Positions 1-9,593 of a DNA stretch of 59,271 bases are shown one piece after another; position 1 is the first letter of the stretch; each line of letters opens with the position of its first letter. The notes beneath the pieces are model-generated. The model ran no database searches, was not told where the DNA came from, and saw only the letters and a list, made by a program, of their open reading frames with translations. Source of the stretch: Candidatus Staskawiczbacteria bacterium (GTDB lineage: Bacteria; Patescibacteriota; Minisyncoccia; Minisyncoccales; Staskawiczbacteraceae). The translations under genes and the position numbers were made by a program. The stretch lies in the NCBI GenBank assembly GCA_903845295.1, contig CAIMWV010000030.1, positions 1 to 59,271 of the forward strand, given 5' to 3'.

Positions 1-391
1 CAAATCCTCCCATTGCTTTTTCCCTGCCCCTTAATGCCATATTTACTTTTACCTTATCTCCTTCTTCTAAAAACTTTTTTGCCTGGTTTGCCCTTGTTTC
101 CATGTCATGCGGAGAAATATTAAAAGTTAATCTTATTTCCTTTAATTCTCCTCCTTTGGGTTTTGCCATTTTCTTTTCTTTCTTCTGCTGCTGGTAAAGA
201 TATTTACCATAATTTGCAATTTTACAGACTGGGGGCTCTACTTTTTCTGTAACCTGAATCAAGTCCAAACCTTTTGATTTTGCCAAGTCAATTGCATCAA
301 ATATATTCATAATGCCAAGCTGTTCGCCTGTTTCTGAAATTACTCTCACTTCTTTTGCCCTTATGAAATTGTTGATTAATATTTTATCCAT
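1..391 (-). CDS. infC: Translation initiation factor IF-3, 5' part (runs off window start)
   Basis: Manual translation from ATG at 391: MDKILINNFIRAKEVRVISETGEQLGIM...LDLIQVTEKVEPPVCKIANYGKYLY...KEIRLTFNISPHD...GDKVKVNMALRGRE, typical IF-3 motifs. Not in the supplied ORF track. Confidence 0.95.
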   Translation of the reverse strand, partial: MDKILINNFIRAKEVRVISETGEQLGIMNIFDAIDLAKSKGLDLIQVTEKVEPPVCKIANYGKYLYQQQKKEKKMAKPKGGELKEIRLTFNISPHDMETRANQAKKFLEEGDKVKVNMALRGREKAMGGF

Positions 392-393
392 TG

Positions 394-739
394 TGGAAGT
401 GGCGGTTTTGGAACCGCGTCTGAAAAGTTTTTGAAAGCAATTCTACAAGTTTAGTCAGTTTTTATGTTCGAGCATTAAATAGAAAACTAACAAAATTTTT
501 AATGCCTTATCTCCTTAGTTTCGGCATCTCATCGGAGAAGTAAGCTGCCTATCCTAATAATATAACACCTTCATTCATTTATTAGGAGTCAATGGTGAAG
601 ATGCCGCATTAAGCGAAAGCTAACGCGGGTTGCTTATTAAATAAATTAGCAATTATGTTTTTTCCCGGAAGATTAAAGAGCCCCGAGAAAGCTCAACTTG
701 CCTTACTTAAAAGAACTAGTCATCGAAACATTCACTCCC
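394..739 (-). ncRNA. ssrA: tmRNA; tag peptide (A)ANLFNKQPALAFA* at 650..609; CCA not encoded
   Basis: 5' GGGAGUG pairs with 3' CACUUCC-A including the G3.U70 Ala determinant; T-arm-like GACGCGGUUCCAAAACCGC; resume context AUAAUU-GCU; tag ends in ALAFA; adjacent to smpB. Confidence 0.95.
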
Positions 740-742
740 GCG

Positions 743-1186
743 TTATTCTGACAGCTCGCGGTTGACTTCCCTTTCTACATCTCTCTTCTTGATTCTCTCT
801 TTTTTGTCGTATTTTTTCTTTCCTTTGGCTAATCCGAATTCGAGCTTTATCCTACCACCTTTATCATAAATTTTCAAGGGTATAAGGGAAAAACCCTTCT
901 GTGCAGACTTTCCCATAAGATAATCTATCTCTTTTTTATTCAAAAGAAGCTTTCTCTGCCTCTCTTGATTGTAATCAGCTCCGGCATTATTAGGCTGGTA
1001 TGGGGGCACCTTTACTCCCACTAAAAATGGTTCGTTCCTGTTAAATGTGACATAAGAGCCGGACAAATTTATGTGCCCGGTTTTTATCGATTTTACCTCT
1101 TGTCCAAACAAAACCAGCCCTGCCTCAAATTTTTCCAGGACATTGTAATCATAACTGGCTTTTTTGTTTTCCGAATAAATCTTCAT
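743..1186 (-). CDS. smpB: SsrA-binding protein SmpB
   Basis: NKKASYDY, EAGLVLFGQEVKS, RKLLLNKKEI, GKKKYDKKERIK motifs. Confidence 0.97.
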   Translation of the reverse strand: MKIYSENKKASYDYNVLEKFEAGLVLFGQEVKSIKTGHINLSGSYVTFNRNEPFLVGVKVPPYQPNNAGADYNQERQRKLLLNKKEIDYLMGKSAQKGFSLIPLKIYDKGGRIKLEFGLAKGKKKYDKKERIKKRDVEREVNRELSE

Positions 1187-1299
1187 AGCTTTATGGTATC
1201 ATATTAGCATAAATGTTTAATATTGACAATATAAAATATATGTGATAATAATATTATAGTTCTTCAGCCACAACTGCACTCTTTTTGGAGGTAGACCCG

Positions 1300-1581
1300 A
1301 TGGACCTGCTTGGATTAGATCTTGCCGAGCGCCGCAGAAAAGCGAAGTTCACTGTTCTGCGCCGCCCAAAGGGATGGAGTCGGCAAGAAGCAGATATGCT
1401 TTCTTGCGGACTTGAACCAGGAGCAGTGGTTGCGATTCATCCTAAGCATCCGGAGTTTTTAGTGATTGCACTCGAATACTCCAGAGAAGCCATTGCGGCT
1501 GTTCTCGGGGTGTCGGACTTCGATCACAAGATTCTCCAGGGATACAACAACCCCGACCTTCCTTTTATCGCCGAGTTGTAG
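1300..1581 (+). CDS. Hypothetical protein (93 aa), GC-richer solo gene
   Basis: GGAGG SD upstream of ATG at 1300; TTGACA upstream; followed by an intrinsic terminator. Confidence 0.7.
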   Translation: MDLLGLDLAERRRKAKFTVLRRPKGWSRQEADMLSCGLEPGAVVAIHPKHPEFLVIALEYSREAIAAVLGVSDFDHKILQGYNNPDLPFIAEL

Positions 1582-1636
1582 TATCCGGTTCTAGATGGCT
1601 GTCAGGCTATGGTTTCTATCCATGGCAATCGTGTTC

Positions 1637-1666
1637 CCGGTCAGATTCGTCTGGCCGGATTTTTTT
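1637..1666 (+). terminator. Intrinsic terminator
   Basis: CCGGTCAGA-TTCG-TCTGGCCGG stem followed by A and T7. Confidence 0.8.
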
Positions 1667-1711
1667 GTTGCATAAAACTTTATTTTTATCTTATTTTATG
1701 ATAGAAATAAC

Positions 1712-1840
1712 TATAGAAATCCCCGTTGCTTCGCAACTCTACAGCAATTTTTTAAAAGTTAATTTTACTTTGTAAAGTTTCAAAAAATTGCTGGATTTAT
1801 ATATTTCCCTCCGCTTCGCTACGGGCTTTCAGAAACTATA
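1712..1840. repeat. Intergenic nested inverted-repeat module A
   Basis: Central 12-bp arms CAGCAATTTTTT (1742-1753) / AAAAAATTGCTG (1782-1793), flanked by GTTGC-TTC-GCAAC and CCGCTTCGCTACGG hairpins and imperfect outer arms. Confidence 0.6.
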
Positions 1841-2527
1841 ATGCAATCAAAAACAAAAGAAACAATTATTATATCTTTAGGCGGATCTTTGGTTGCTCCA
1901 AATGACATTGATATAGGATTTTTAAAGAGTTTTAAGCACTCTCTGCAGAAATATCTGGATAAGAAGCGATTTTTTATTATTGTCGGCGGGGGAAAAATAA
2001 CAAGAATTTATCAAAAAGCCTTATTAGAATTCGGGGCAAAAAGCAGCGACAGGGATTGGATTGGGATTAATATCACAAGATTGAATGCTGAAATTATAAA
2101 GCAGATGTTTGTTGGAAATTGTTATCCTGACACTATCACAGACCCGAACAAAAAGGTAAAAACCAGCAAAGATATTGTGGTCGGGGCCGGCTGGAAGCCG
2201 GGCTGGTCAACTGATTACGACGCTGTCTTGATAGCAAAAAATCACGGGATAAAAACAATAATCAATCTAACCAACATTGATTATGTTTATGATAAAAATC
2301 CGAGCGAGTTTCCCGGTGCGCAGCCGCTGAAAGAAATTGATTGGAAAAGTTTTGAGCGCATCGTGGGCTCAAAATGGCTGCCTGGGCTTTCAATGCCATT
2401 TGATCCCAGGGCTTCAAAACTGGCTGCATCCCTGAAATTAAAGGTTATAATGATTAACGGGAAAAAATTGGAAAGGCTTGAAGATTTTTTAAATAATAAG
2501 CCGTTTATTGGGACAACAATCCAGTGA
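1841..2527 (+). CDS. pyrH: UMP kinase (archaeal-type)
   Basis: SLGGS, VGGG, GWKPGWSTD, NIDYVYDKNP, PFDP amino-acid-kinase motifs. Confidence 0.9.
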   Translation: MQSKTKETIIISLGGSLVAPNDIDIGFLKSFKHSLQKYLDKKRFFIIVGGGKITRIYQKALLEFGAKSSDRDWIGINITRLNAEIIKQMFVGNCYPDTITDPNKKVKTSKDIVVGAGWKPGWSTDYDAVLIAKNHGIKTIINLTNIDYVYDKNPSEFPGAQPLKEIDWKSFERIVGSKWLPGLSMPFDPRASKLAASLKLKVIMINGKKLERLEDFLNNKPFIGTTIQ

Positions 2528-4221
2528 AAGATAAAATCAAACAAATAATTGAGAAAGCGATGGCAGGTGTCGTAAAAGAAATACCCGCCTTTTCAGTTGA
2601 AATTCCTGGCGACAAAAATCTTGGAGACTATTCAACCAATGTTGCTTTGGTTTTGGCTAAAAAATTAAATAAAAATCCGACAGAAACAGCCAATCTGATA
2701 AAAGAAAAAATTGGAGAAAATAAAATTTTCAAAAAAATAGAGGTTGCCGGCCCGGGATTCATTAATTTTTTTATTTCAGACAAGGTTTTTACGGATTCTT
2801 TGAAAAAGATTGATGAAGATTTCGGTAAGGGTAAAGAATCAAAGAGCAAGAAAATCATAATTGATTATACCGACCCGAATATCTTGAAGGAGTTTCATAT
2901 CGGACATTTAATGAGCAATGCAGTCGGCGAATCTTTGTCCCGTATTTTTGAATTCCAGGGGGCTGACGTAAAAAGAGTGTGCTATCAGTCGGATGTGGGG
3001 CTTTCAGTGGCAAAAGCCATGTGGGGAATTTTGCAGAATAAAAGCAGCATGCCGGAAGATTCGGCTCCCATCTCAGAAAAAACAAAATTTTTGGGTAATG
3101 CCTATGCATTCGGTTCTAATATGTATGAAAGCGACAAAAATGCCCAAAAAGAAATTATTGAACTGAACAAGAAAATTTTTGAAAAATCAGACAAAGAGGT
3201 TAATAATTTTTATGACATAGGGAAAAAATGGAGTCTGGAACATTTCGACATGCTTTATAAAAAGCTTGGCACAAAATTTGATTATTTTATCTTTGAAAGC
3301 CAGGTTTCCGGTTTGGGCAAAAAAATTGTGGAGAAGGGGCTGAAAGAAGGGATCTTTGAGAAAGGTGACAATGGGGCGGTTATTTTTAAAGGAGAAAAAT
3401 ACGGGCTCCATACAAGGGTATTCATTAATTCTGAGGGATTGCCGACCTATGAGGCAAAGGACCTGGGATTGGCAGAATTAAAATATAAAAAGTATGCTTA
3501 CAACCAATCAATAATTGTGACTGGGAATGAGGTTAATGAGTATTTTAAAGTAATGCTTTGCGCGATGGGTAAAGTTTTGCCAAAACTTGCAAAAAAAACA
3601 AAACATATTGGGCATGGAATGCTGCGCTTGCCTGAAGGAAAAATGTCATCAAGAACAGGAAAAGTTATAACAGGAGAATCTTTAATAGAAAAAGTTGAAG
3701 AGCTGGTAAAAGAAAAAATTAAAGACAGGGAATTGTCGGAAAAAGAGAAAAAAGGAATTACAGAAAGCGTTGCAATAGGAGCTGTAAGATATTCAATTTT
3801 AAAGCAATCAATCGGGTCTGATATTATTTATGATTTCGACAAGTCGATTTCTTTCGAGGGCGATTCGGGCCCCTATCTGCAATATTCTTATACAAGGGCG
3901 GAATCTGTTTTGAGAAAAGCCAAGGCAGAGAAAATAAAACCGTCTTTCAAAAAAATACCGGATAAAATCACCGGGCTGGAAAAGGCAATATATTATTTCC
4001 CGGAAATAGTTTCAGAGTCAGAAAAAAAATGCGAACCACATTATCTGGTTTTGTATCTTACGGAGCTTGCAGGGATTTTTAACAGTTATTATGCAAAAAA
4101 TAAAATCGTAGATAAAAAAGATGATTTTTCTTCGTATAAAATTGCTTTAACAAATGCGTTCGCCACGATTATGAAGAATGGAATGTGGCTGCTGGGAATC
4201 AATTCATTAGAAAAAATGTAA
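2524..4221 (+). CDS. argS: Arginine--tRNA ligase
   Basis: GDYSTN, AGPGFINF, FHIGH (HIGH motif), MSSRTG, GDSGPYLQY. Confidence 0.97.
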   Translation: MKDKIKQIIEKAMAGVVKEIPAFSVEIPGDKNLGDYSTNVALVLAKKLNKNPTETANLIKEKIGENKIFKKIEVAGPGFINFFISDKVFTDSLKKIDEDFGKGKESKSKKIIIDYTDPNILKEFHIGHLMSNAVGESLSRIFEFQGADVKRVCYQSDVGLSVAKAMWGILQNKSSMPEDSAPISEKTKFLGNAYAFGSNMYESDKNAQKEIIELNKKIFEKSDKEVNNFYDIGKKWSLEHFDMLYKKLGTKFDYFIFESQVSGLGKKIVEKGLKEGIFEKGDNGAVIFKGEKYGLHTRVFINSEGLPTYEAKDLGLAELKYKKYAYNQSIIVTGNEVNEYFKVMLCAMGKVLPKLAKKTKHIGHGMLRLPEGKMSSRTGKVITGESLIEKVEELVKEKIKDRELSEKEKKGITESVAIGAVRYSILKQSIGSDIIYDFDKSISFEGDSGPYLQYSYTRAESVLRKAKAEKIKPSFKKIPDKITGLEKAIYYFPEIVSESEKKCEPHYLVLYLTELAGIFNSYYAKNKIVDKKDDFSSYKIALTNAFATIMKNGMWLLGINSLEKM

Positions 4222-4225
4222 TCAC

Positions 4226-4813
4226 ATGAAATTAAGAAATAAATACTATATAATGCGCCATGCTCAGGCGCTTTCAAATGTCAGGGCAATTTGTTCAAAC
4301 TGGCCGGAAAAGTTTAAAAATCCGCTTACTATATTGGGGCGGGAAATCGTCAGAGAATCAGCGGAAAAATTAAAAAACAAGCTTGACACGGAGGGCCAAG
4401 ATATTGATTTGATTTTCGCTTCTGATCTGTTGAGAACCAAGCAGACTGCAGAGATTGCCGGGAAAATTTTGGAAGCAAAACCAAAGTTTGACAAAAGATT
4501 GAGAGAGATTAATTTCGGGATTTTCAATGCGCGTCCGCTCGAAAGCATGTGGAAACACTTTAAATCAGAAGAAGAAAGAATTAAACAAAGGCCTCCGAAA
4601 GGAGAAACATATTCGGAAATTTTAAAAAGAATGATGAGTTTTTTGAAAGATACCGACAAAAAATATAAGGAAAGGAATATTTTGATAGTAAGCCATGACG
4701 GACCTTTAACTTTATTACAAGCAAAAGTTAAGGGATTATCCTTAGAAGAAACCATTGAAGAATTCCCTTTGGAAAAAAGGATTCACAAAGGAGAGGTAAG
4801 AGAATTAAATTAA
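4226..4813 (+). CDS. Histidine phosphatase family protein
   Basis: MRHAQA, SDLLRTKQTA, LREINFG, VSHDG. Confidence 0.85.
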   Translation: MKLRNKYYIMRHAQALSNVRAICSNWPEKFKNPLTILGREIVRESAEKLKNKLDTEGQDIDLIFASDLLRTKQTAEIAGKILEAKPKFDKRLREINFGIFNARPLESMWKHFKSEEERIKQRPPKGETYSEILKRMMSFLKDTDKKYKERNILIVSHDGPLTLLQAKVKGLSLEETIEEFPLEKRIHKGEVRELN

Positions 4814-4828
4814 AAATAAGCTTTAAAT

Positions 4829-7747
4829 ATGTCGTATAATTTTCCAAAAAAAGAAGAAGAGGTACTAAAATTTTGGCAAGAAAATGAAATTTTTGAAAAA
4901 ACTCTTGAAAAAACCCTTCGACCCGCTCAGGGCAAGCGAAAAGATTTTGTTTTTTATGATGGCCCGCCATTTGCAACCGGCACTCCGCATTATGGCCATT
5001 TGCTTCAGAGCGTGATTAAAGATGTGATTCCTCGCTACAAAACCATGCAGGGATTTTATGTTGAACGACAGTGGGGCTGGGATTGCCACGGGCTTCCAAT
5101 AGAAAATATTGTTGAAAAAGAGCTTGGAACTAAATCCAAAAAAGAAATTGTGGCAATGGGCGTAAAAAAATTCAATGACCTTTGCAGAGCCCGTATTTTT
5201 ACCTTTATCCACGAGTGGGAGACAATAATCCCGCGTTTTGGAAGATGGGCGGATATGAAGAACCCGTATCGTACTATGGATTTTGAGTATATGCAGTCAG
5301 AATGGTGGGCCTTTAAAGAATTATATAAAAAAGGACTTATTTACGAAGATTACAGGTCTATGCACATCTGCCCCCGTTGCGAAACAACCTTAAGCCAGGG
5401 CGAAGTTGCAGAGGGATATAAAGATATAAAAGATTTATCGGCAACTGTAAAATTTAAAGTGAAAAATCCGGAAAAAATCGGATTAAAGGGCGACGTATAT
5501 TTGCTTGCATGGACGACAACTCCTTGGACGCTGCCCGGTAATGTGGCTTTAGCTGTAGGTAAAGATATAGATTATGATTTTGTTGCACATGAAGGGGCTC
5601 ATTATATTGTCGCTAAAGCTCGAAATGTTGTTATTAATCAAAATCAACCCGTATCGATCGCTATTATCAGCAAAACAGTAAAAGGCACTCAATTAGTCGG
5701 TTTAGAATACGAACCGTTATTCGATTATTATTCAAAAGATGAAAAATTAAAAAACAGAGAAAATGGCTGGAAAATTTATGCTGCTGATTTTGTGAATACA
5801 GAAGAGGGCACGGGCATTGTCCATATTGCGCCTGCATTCGGGGCAGATGATATGGAATTAGGTAAAAAAGAAAATCTTCCATTTGTGCAGCACGTAAAAA
5901 TGGACGGTACATTTAAAGAAGAAATGGGAGAATTTGCCGGACTTGATTTAAAACCCAGGGCAAAAGATAAGCCAGAAGAAATCCGTGATGCAGATTTAGA
6001 AATAGTGCGCTATCTTAAAGGGAAAAATCTTTTATTCGATTCTCAAAAATATGAGCATTCTTATCCTCATTGCTGGAGGTGCGACACGGCGCTATTAAAT
6101 TATGCCACAAGTTCTTGGTTTGTTGCGGTTGAAAAAATAAAGTCTAAATTGCTGAAAACTGCAAAGAAAATACAATGGTCTCCTGAACATATAAAAGAAG
6201 GAAGATTCGGCCAGTGGCTAGAAGGAGCCCGTGATTGGTCTATTTCACGCCAGCGTTTTTGGGCCAACACGATTCCTGTTTGGAGGTGCGGCAAATGTAA
6301 AAAAGAACTTGTGTTCGCGTCCGCGGCAGAACTTGAAAAAGTCAGCGGAGAAAAAGTTACCGACCTACATAAAGATGTGGTTGATGAAGTTGTTTTTAAA
6401 TGTGAATGCGGAGGAAAAACGCATCGTGTGCCCGACGTATTGGATACTTGGTTTGATTCTGGGTCTGTTCCATTTGCCACTATGCATTATCCGTTAGAAA
6501 ATAAAAATAATTTAAAAAAGAGGCTGCCAGCAGACTTTATCGGTGAGGCGCAAGATCAGACACGCGCATGGTTTTATTACCAGCACGTATTGGTGGGCGC
6601 ATTGTTCGGCGTAGAGGCATTCAAGCATTGTATTGTGACGGGGATTGTATTGGCTGAAGACGGAAAAAAGATGTCTAAAAAATTAAAGAATTATCCCGAT
6701 CCAAAGGAAATGATGGAAAAATATGGAGCTGACGCGATGCGTTTTTATATGCTGACTTCTCCCGTAGTCCAGGCAGAGAATCTTTCATTCTCCGAAAAAG
6801 GCGTTGATGAAATAGTAAAGAAAAATATCAGCAGATTATATAACGTACAGGCATTTTACCAGCTTTACCAAGACGGCACGCCAGCCGGAAGCTCCAGTAA
6901 AAACATACTTGATATATGGATAGTGTCCCGTCTCAACGGGTTAATAAAAGTTATTACAGAAGGTTACGAAAATTATCGCGTTGATTTGGCAACGCGCCCG
7001 CTCACTGATTTTATCGAGGACTTTTCAGTGTGGTATTTAAGGCGAAGCAGAGATCGTTTTAAGGAAGGGGGTGAAGATAAAAAAGACGCACTTGCTACTC
7101 TGCGGTACGCGCTATCTGTTGTTTCAAAAATTATGGCTCCTGCCATGCCATTTTTTTCAGAAGAAATATATCGTGATTTAAGAACAAAAGAAATGCCAGA
7201 GTCAGTGCATTTGTGCGACTGGCCAGTATCGGATAAAAAGAAAATTGATAAGGATTTGGAAGAAAAAATGGATGAAGTGAGATTGATTGTTAATTTAGTT
7301 TTAGCTGAAAGAATTGCAAAAGGAATAAAGGTCAGGCAGCCCCTTGCTTTTTTTAAGATTAAAGCTCCTAAAACAAAAATTAAAGGAGACAGTCAATTAT
7401 TAGATTTAATCAGGGACGAGGTTAATATAAGAGAAATCATATTTGATGATAAAATTGAAAAAGAAATAGAGCTTGATACAAAGATAACAGAGGAATTGAA
7501 ATGGGAAGGCGAAAGCAGGGAGATAATTAGGGGTATAAGAAGTTTAAGAAAAGAAGCAGGTTTATCTATGGGAGTTGTTGTCGATACTGCAGGAACTAGT
7601 GTCATATTGCCTGAATCAATGAAAGAAAATTTAAGAAAAGAGTCTGGCGCCAATAATTTTTTCGCCTCAGAACAAATAAATGAATTCGATTTTAAAAAGG
7701 AAATAACAATTGACGGCAAAATCTATTTAGTCTTCATTAAAAAATGA
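4829..7747 (+). CDS. ileS: Isoleucine--tRNA ligase
   Basis: FYDGPPFATGTPHYGH, GWDCHGLP, WTTTPWTLP, DWSISRQRFW, KMSKKLKN. Confidence 0.97.
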   Translation: MSYNFPKKEEEVLKFWQENEIFEKTLEKTLRPAQGKRKDFVFYDGPPFATGTPHYGHLLQSVIKDVIPRYKTMQGFYVERQWGWDCHGLPIENIVEKELGTKSKKEIVAMGVKKFNDLCRARIFTFIHEWETIIPRFGRWADMKNPYRTMDFEYMQSEWWAFKELYKKGLIYEDYRSMHICPRCETTLSQGEVAEGYKDIKDLSATVKFKVKNPEKIGLKGDVYLLAWTTTPWTLPGNVALAVGKDIDYDFVAHEGAHYIVAKARNVVINQNQPVSIAIISKTVKGTQLVGLEYEPLFDYYSKDEKLKNRENGWKIYAADFVNTEEGTGIVHIAPAFGADDMELGKKENLPFVQHVKMDGTFKEEMGEFAGLDLKPRAKDKPEEIRDADLEIVRYLKGKNLLFDSQKYEHSYPHCWRCDTALLNYATSSWFVAVEKIKSKLLKTAKKIQWSPEHIKEGRFGQWLEGARDWSISRQRFWANTIPVWRCGKCKKELVFASAAELEKVSGEKVTDLHKDVVDEVVFKCECGGKTHRVPDVLDTWFDSGSVPFATMHYPLENKNNLKKRLPADFIGEAQDQTRAWFYYQHVLVGALFGVEAFKHCIVTGIVLAEDGKKMSKKLKNYPDPKEMMEKYGADAMRFYMLTSPVVQAENLSFSEKGVDEIVKKNISRLYNVQAFYQLYQDGTPAGSSSKNILDIWIVSRLNGLIKVITEGYENYRVDLATRPLTDFIEDFSVWYLRRSRDRFKEGGEDKKDALATLRYALSVVSKIMAPAMPFFSEEIYRDLRTKEMPESVHLCDWPVSDKKKIDKDLEEKMDEVRLIVNLVLAERIAKGIKVRQPLAFFKIKAPKTKIKGDSQLLDLIRDEVNIREIIFDDKIEKEIELDTKITEELKWEGESREIIRGIRSLRKEAGLSMGVVVDTAGTSVILPESMKENLRKESGANNFFASEQINEFDFKKEITIDGKIYLVFIKK
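4914..4932 (+). repeat. CCTTCG-N4/5-GCTCAGG palindromic element copy 1 (in ileS; LRPAQG)
   Basis: CCCTTCGACCCGCTCAGGG matches four other copies in the window. Confidence 0.8.
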
Positions 7748-8736
7748 TGATTGATTTTTCTCTATTGAAAAATATTGATTTTACGAACACAGATAATTTA
7801 ATATTTTTATCTATATTTTTAGTCATAGTTATTATTGTTTTTTTTATTTTTATTGTAGTCTTAGTAGAAATTATAAAAGTAATAAAAAAAGCGATTATTA
7901 AAATATTTAATATAGATACTGAAAAAACCGAATTTGGTATAAAAGAAAGTACGAATCAGCTGCAAGATAATAAAGAAGCAGAAAAACGACCCAGTGAGTA
8001 CCCTAGTATACCAAAACAACAAGCTATTGGGGTTAATCTTAATATTGCCGAAAAAAAATCTGAGGAGGAACAAAAAACCTCGGTAAAATCTTATAAAGAG
8101 AAAGAAGAAAAAGGTATTACAGAAGGGCTTTCAAAACTTAAATCTGGAGGTTCTGCCGGCGGAGACACATTAGAATCGAAGATGCCGTCAAGAACGGGTG
8201 GACAAGAAGAAGATGATAAGTTTAAGCCAATTAAAATACCGACACCGAAGCGTCTTGCACCAAGTAATATAACGCCAGAAGTAAAGTATGGCGGTACACC
8301 AACCGGGGAAATAAACTCAAAGCTGCGTGGCCAGCCGTTGACTTACGAAAAAGAGAGCGGCATAAATTCGGCAGCCGGCAGTTTAAAAATACCAGTTGCA
8401 GGCAAAGGAACGTCAAAACAGCAGGCAGGGCAAGATACTTCAATTTTTGGAGGTCAATCCGAGATTTCCAGAATAAAATTGGAGCAGGAAATGAAAACAG
8501 ACACCAATGTTTGGCAAGCCTCAAGGCAGTCGGGACTTAATTTAAGTCCGGTGGAAAGAGCTAAACTCGTAAAAGAAGTTTTTTCGTCTGCACTTGGCAG
8601 AAATATTTCTAAAACAGATTTAAAGTCCGGCATTACGAAGCTTAATCGTAAAATGCTTAATTCAAAAGATTCTACTGAACATGCAAAAATCAGGAAGGAA
8701 ATAAAATTTTTCAAAAAAATCGGAGGCATAAAATGA
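7744..8736 (+). CDS. Hypothetical membrane-anchored protein
   Basis: N-terminal hydrophobic helix, long low-complexity linker, helical C-terminal domain; ATGA overlaps with both neighbours. Confidence 0.8.
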   Translation: MMIDFSLLKNIDFTNTDNLIFLSIFLVIVIIVFFIFIVVLVEIIKVIKKAIIKIFNIDTEKTEFGIKESTNQLQDNKEAEKRPSEYPSIPKQQAIGVNLNIAEKKSEEEQKTSVKSYKEKEEKGITEGLSKLKSGGSAGGDTLESKMPSRTGGQEEDDKFKPIKIPTPKRLAPSNITPEVKYGGTPTGEINSKLRGQPLTYEKESGINSAAGSLKIPVAGKGTSKQQAGQDTSIFGGQSEISRIKLEQEMKTDTNVWQASRQSGLNLSPVERAKLVKEVFSSALGRNISKTDLKSGITKLNRKMLNSKDSTEHAKIRKEIKFFKKIGGIK

Positions 8737-9494
8737 CTTTAAAATATAAAACAAAGGGATTTGTTTTTAAAAAGAATAATGTAAATGAGTCAGACAGAAT
8801 TTTTTCTGTTTTTACTCATGATTTCGGACGGTTGGATATTTTTTCCAAAGCGATAAGAAAAACTGTTTCTAAGTTAAGGAGCGGAATAGATATTTTTTTT
8901 ATGTCAGAGATAGAATTTATACAAGGTAAAAACAGAAAAACCCTTACAGATACAGCTATAATAGAAAAATTTGATAATATCTGGCAGGATTTAGAAAAGT
9001 TTAAAACTGCCAACAGAATAGGAGAAATTTTAGACAATTTTATAAAAGGCGAAGAAAAAGACGAAGAAATTTTTATATTGATAAGCGAAGTGATGGAAAA
9101 GCTGAATATCCAGAAGCCCTTCAGAGAGACCATAAATCAGCCGATAATTTTTTATTATTTTCTCTGGAATTTTTTTTCGATACAAGGATATCGTTCAGAG
9201 GTCCAAAAATGCGCCGGCTGCCACGAGAAATTAAATCCTTACAATATTTATTTCTCCGGCAAAGAAGGCGGTATTATTTGCGGCAATTGCGCAAAATCAA
9301 AAAAAAACTGTCCTGAGCCTTGCCGAAGGATAAATTCGGATATTGTAAAAATATTAAGGCTTATTCTGTCAAAAGATTGGCAGACATTATCTAAATTAAA
9401 AATTGAGCAATCTTCCCAGAAACTATTGTCAGAAGTTTCAGAAAATGCCATTCATGCATTTTGCCCATCCATAATGCATTATACAATCACTTGA
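8733..9494 (+). CDS. recO: DNA repair protein RecO
   Basis: ESDRIFSVFTHDFG OB-fold start; CAGC...CGNC zinc finger. Confidence 0.92.
   Translation: MTLKYKTKGFVFKKNNVNESDRIFSVFTHDFGRLDIFSKAIRKTVSKLRSGIDIFFMSEIEFIQGKNRKTLTDTAIIEKFDNIWQDLEKFKTANRIGEILDNFIKGEEKDEEIFILISEVMEKLNIQKPFRETINQPIIFYYFLWNFFSIQGYRSEVQKCAGCHEKLNPYNIYFSGKEGGIICGNCAKSKKNCPEPCRRINSDIVKILRLILSKDWQTLSKLKIEQSSQKLLSEVSENAIHAFCPSIMHYTIT
9311..9330 (-). repeat. Palindromic element copy 2 (in recO, reverse orientation; PEPCRR)
   Basis: TCCTGAGCCTTGCCGAAGGA is the reverse complement of TCCTTCGGCAAGGCTCAGGA. Confidence 0.8.
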
Positions 9495-9593
9495 TAGCGG
9501 ACCAAGAAAGATATAAAATAAATCAAGAAAGAAGATTTCCCTCGAATATTAAAACTAAAATTTTTATTAATAAAAAATACTAAAAATAAAACA

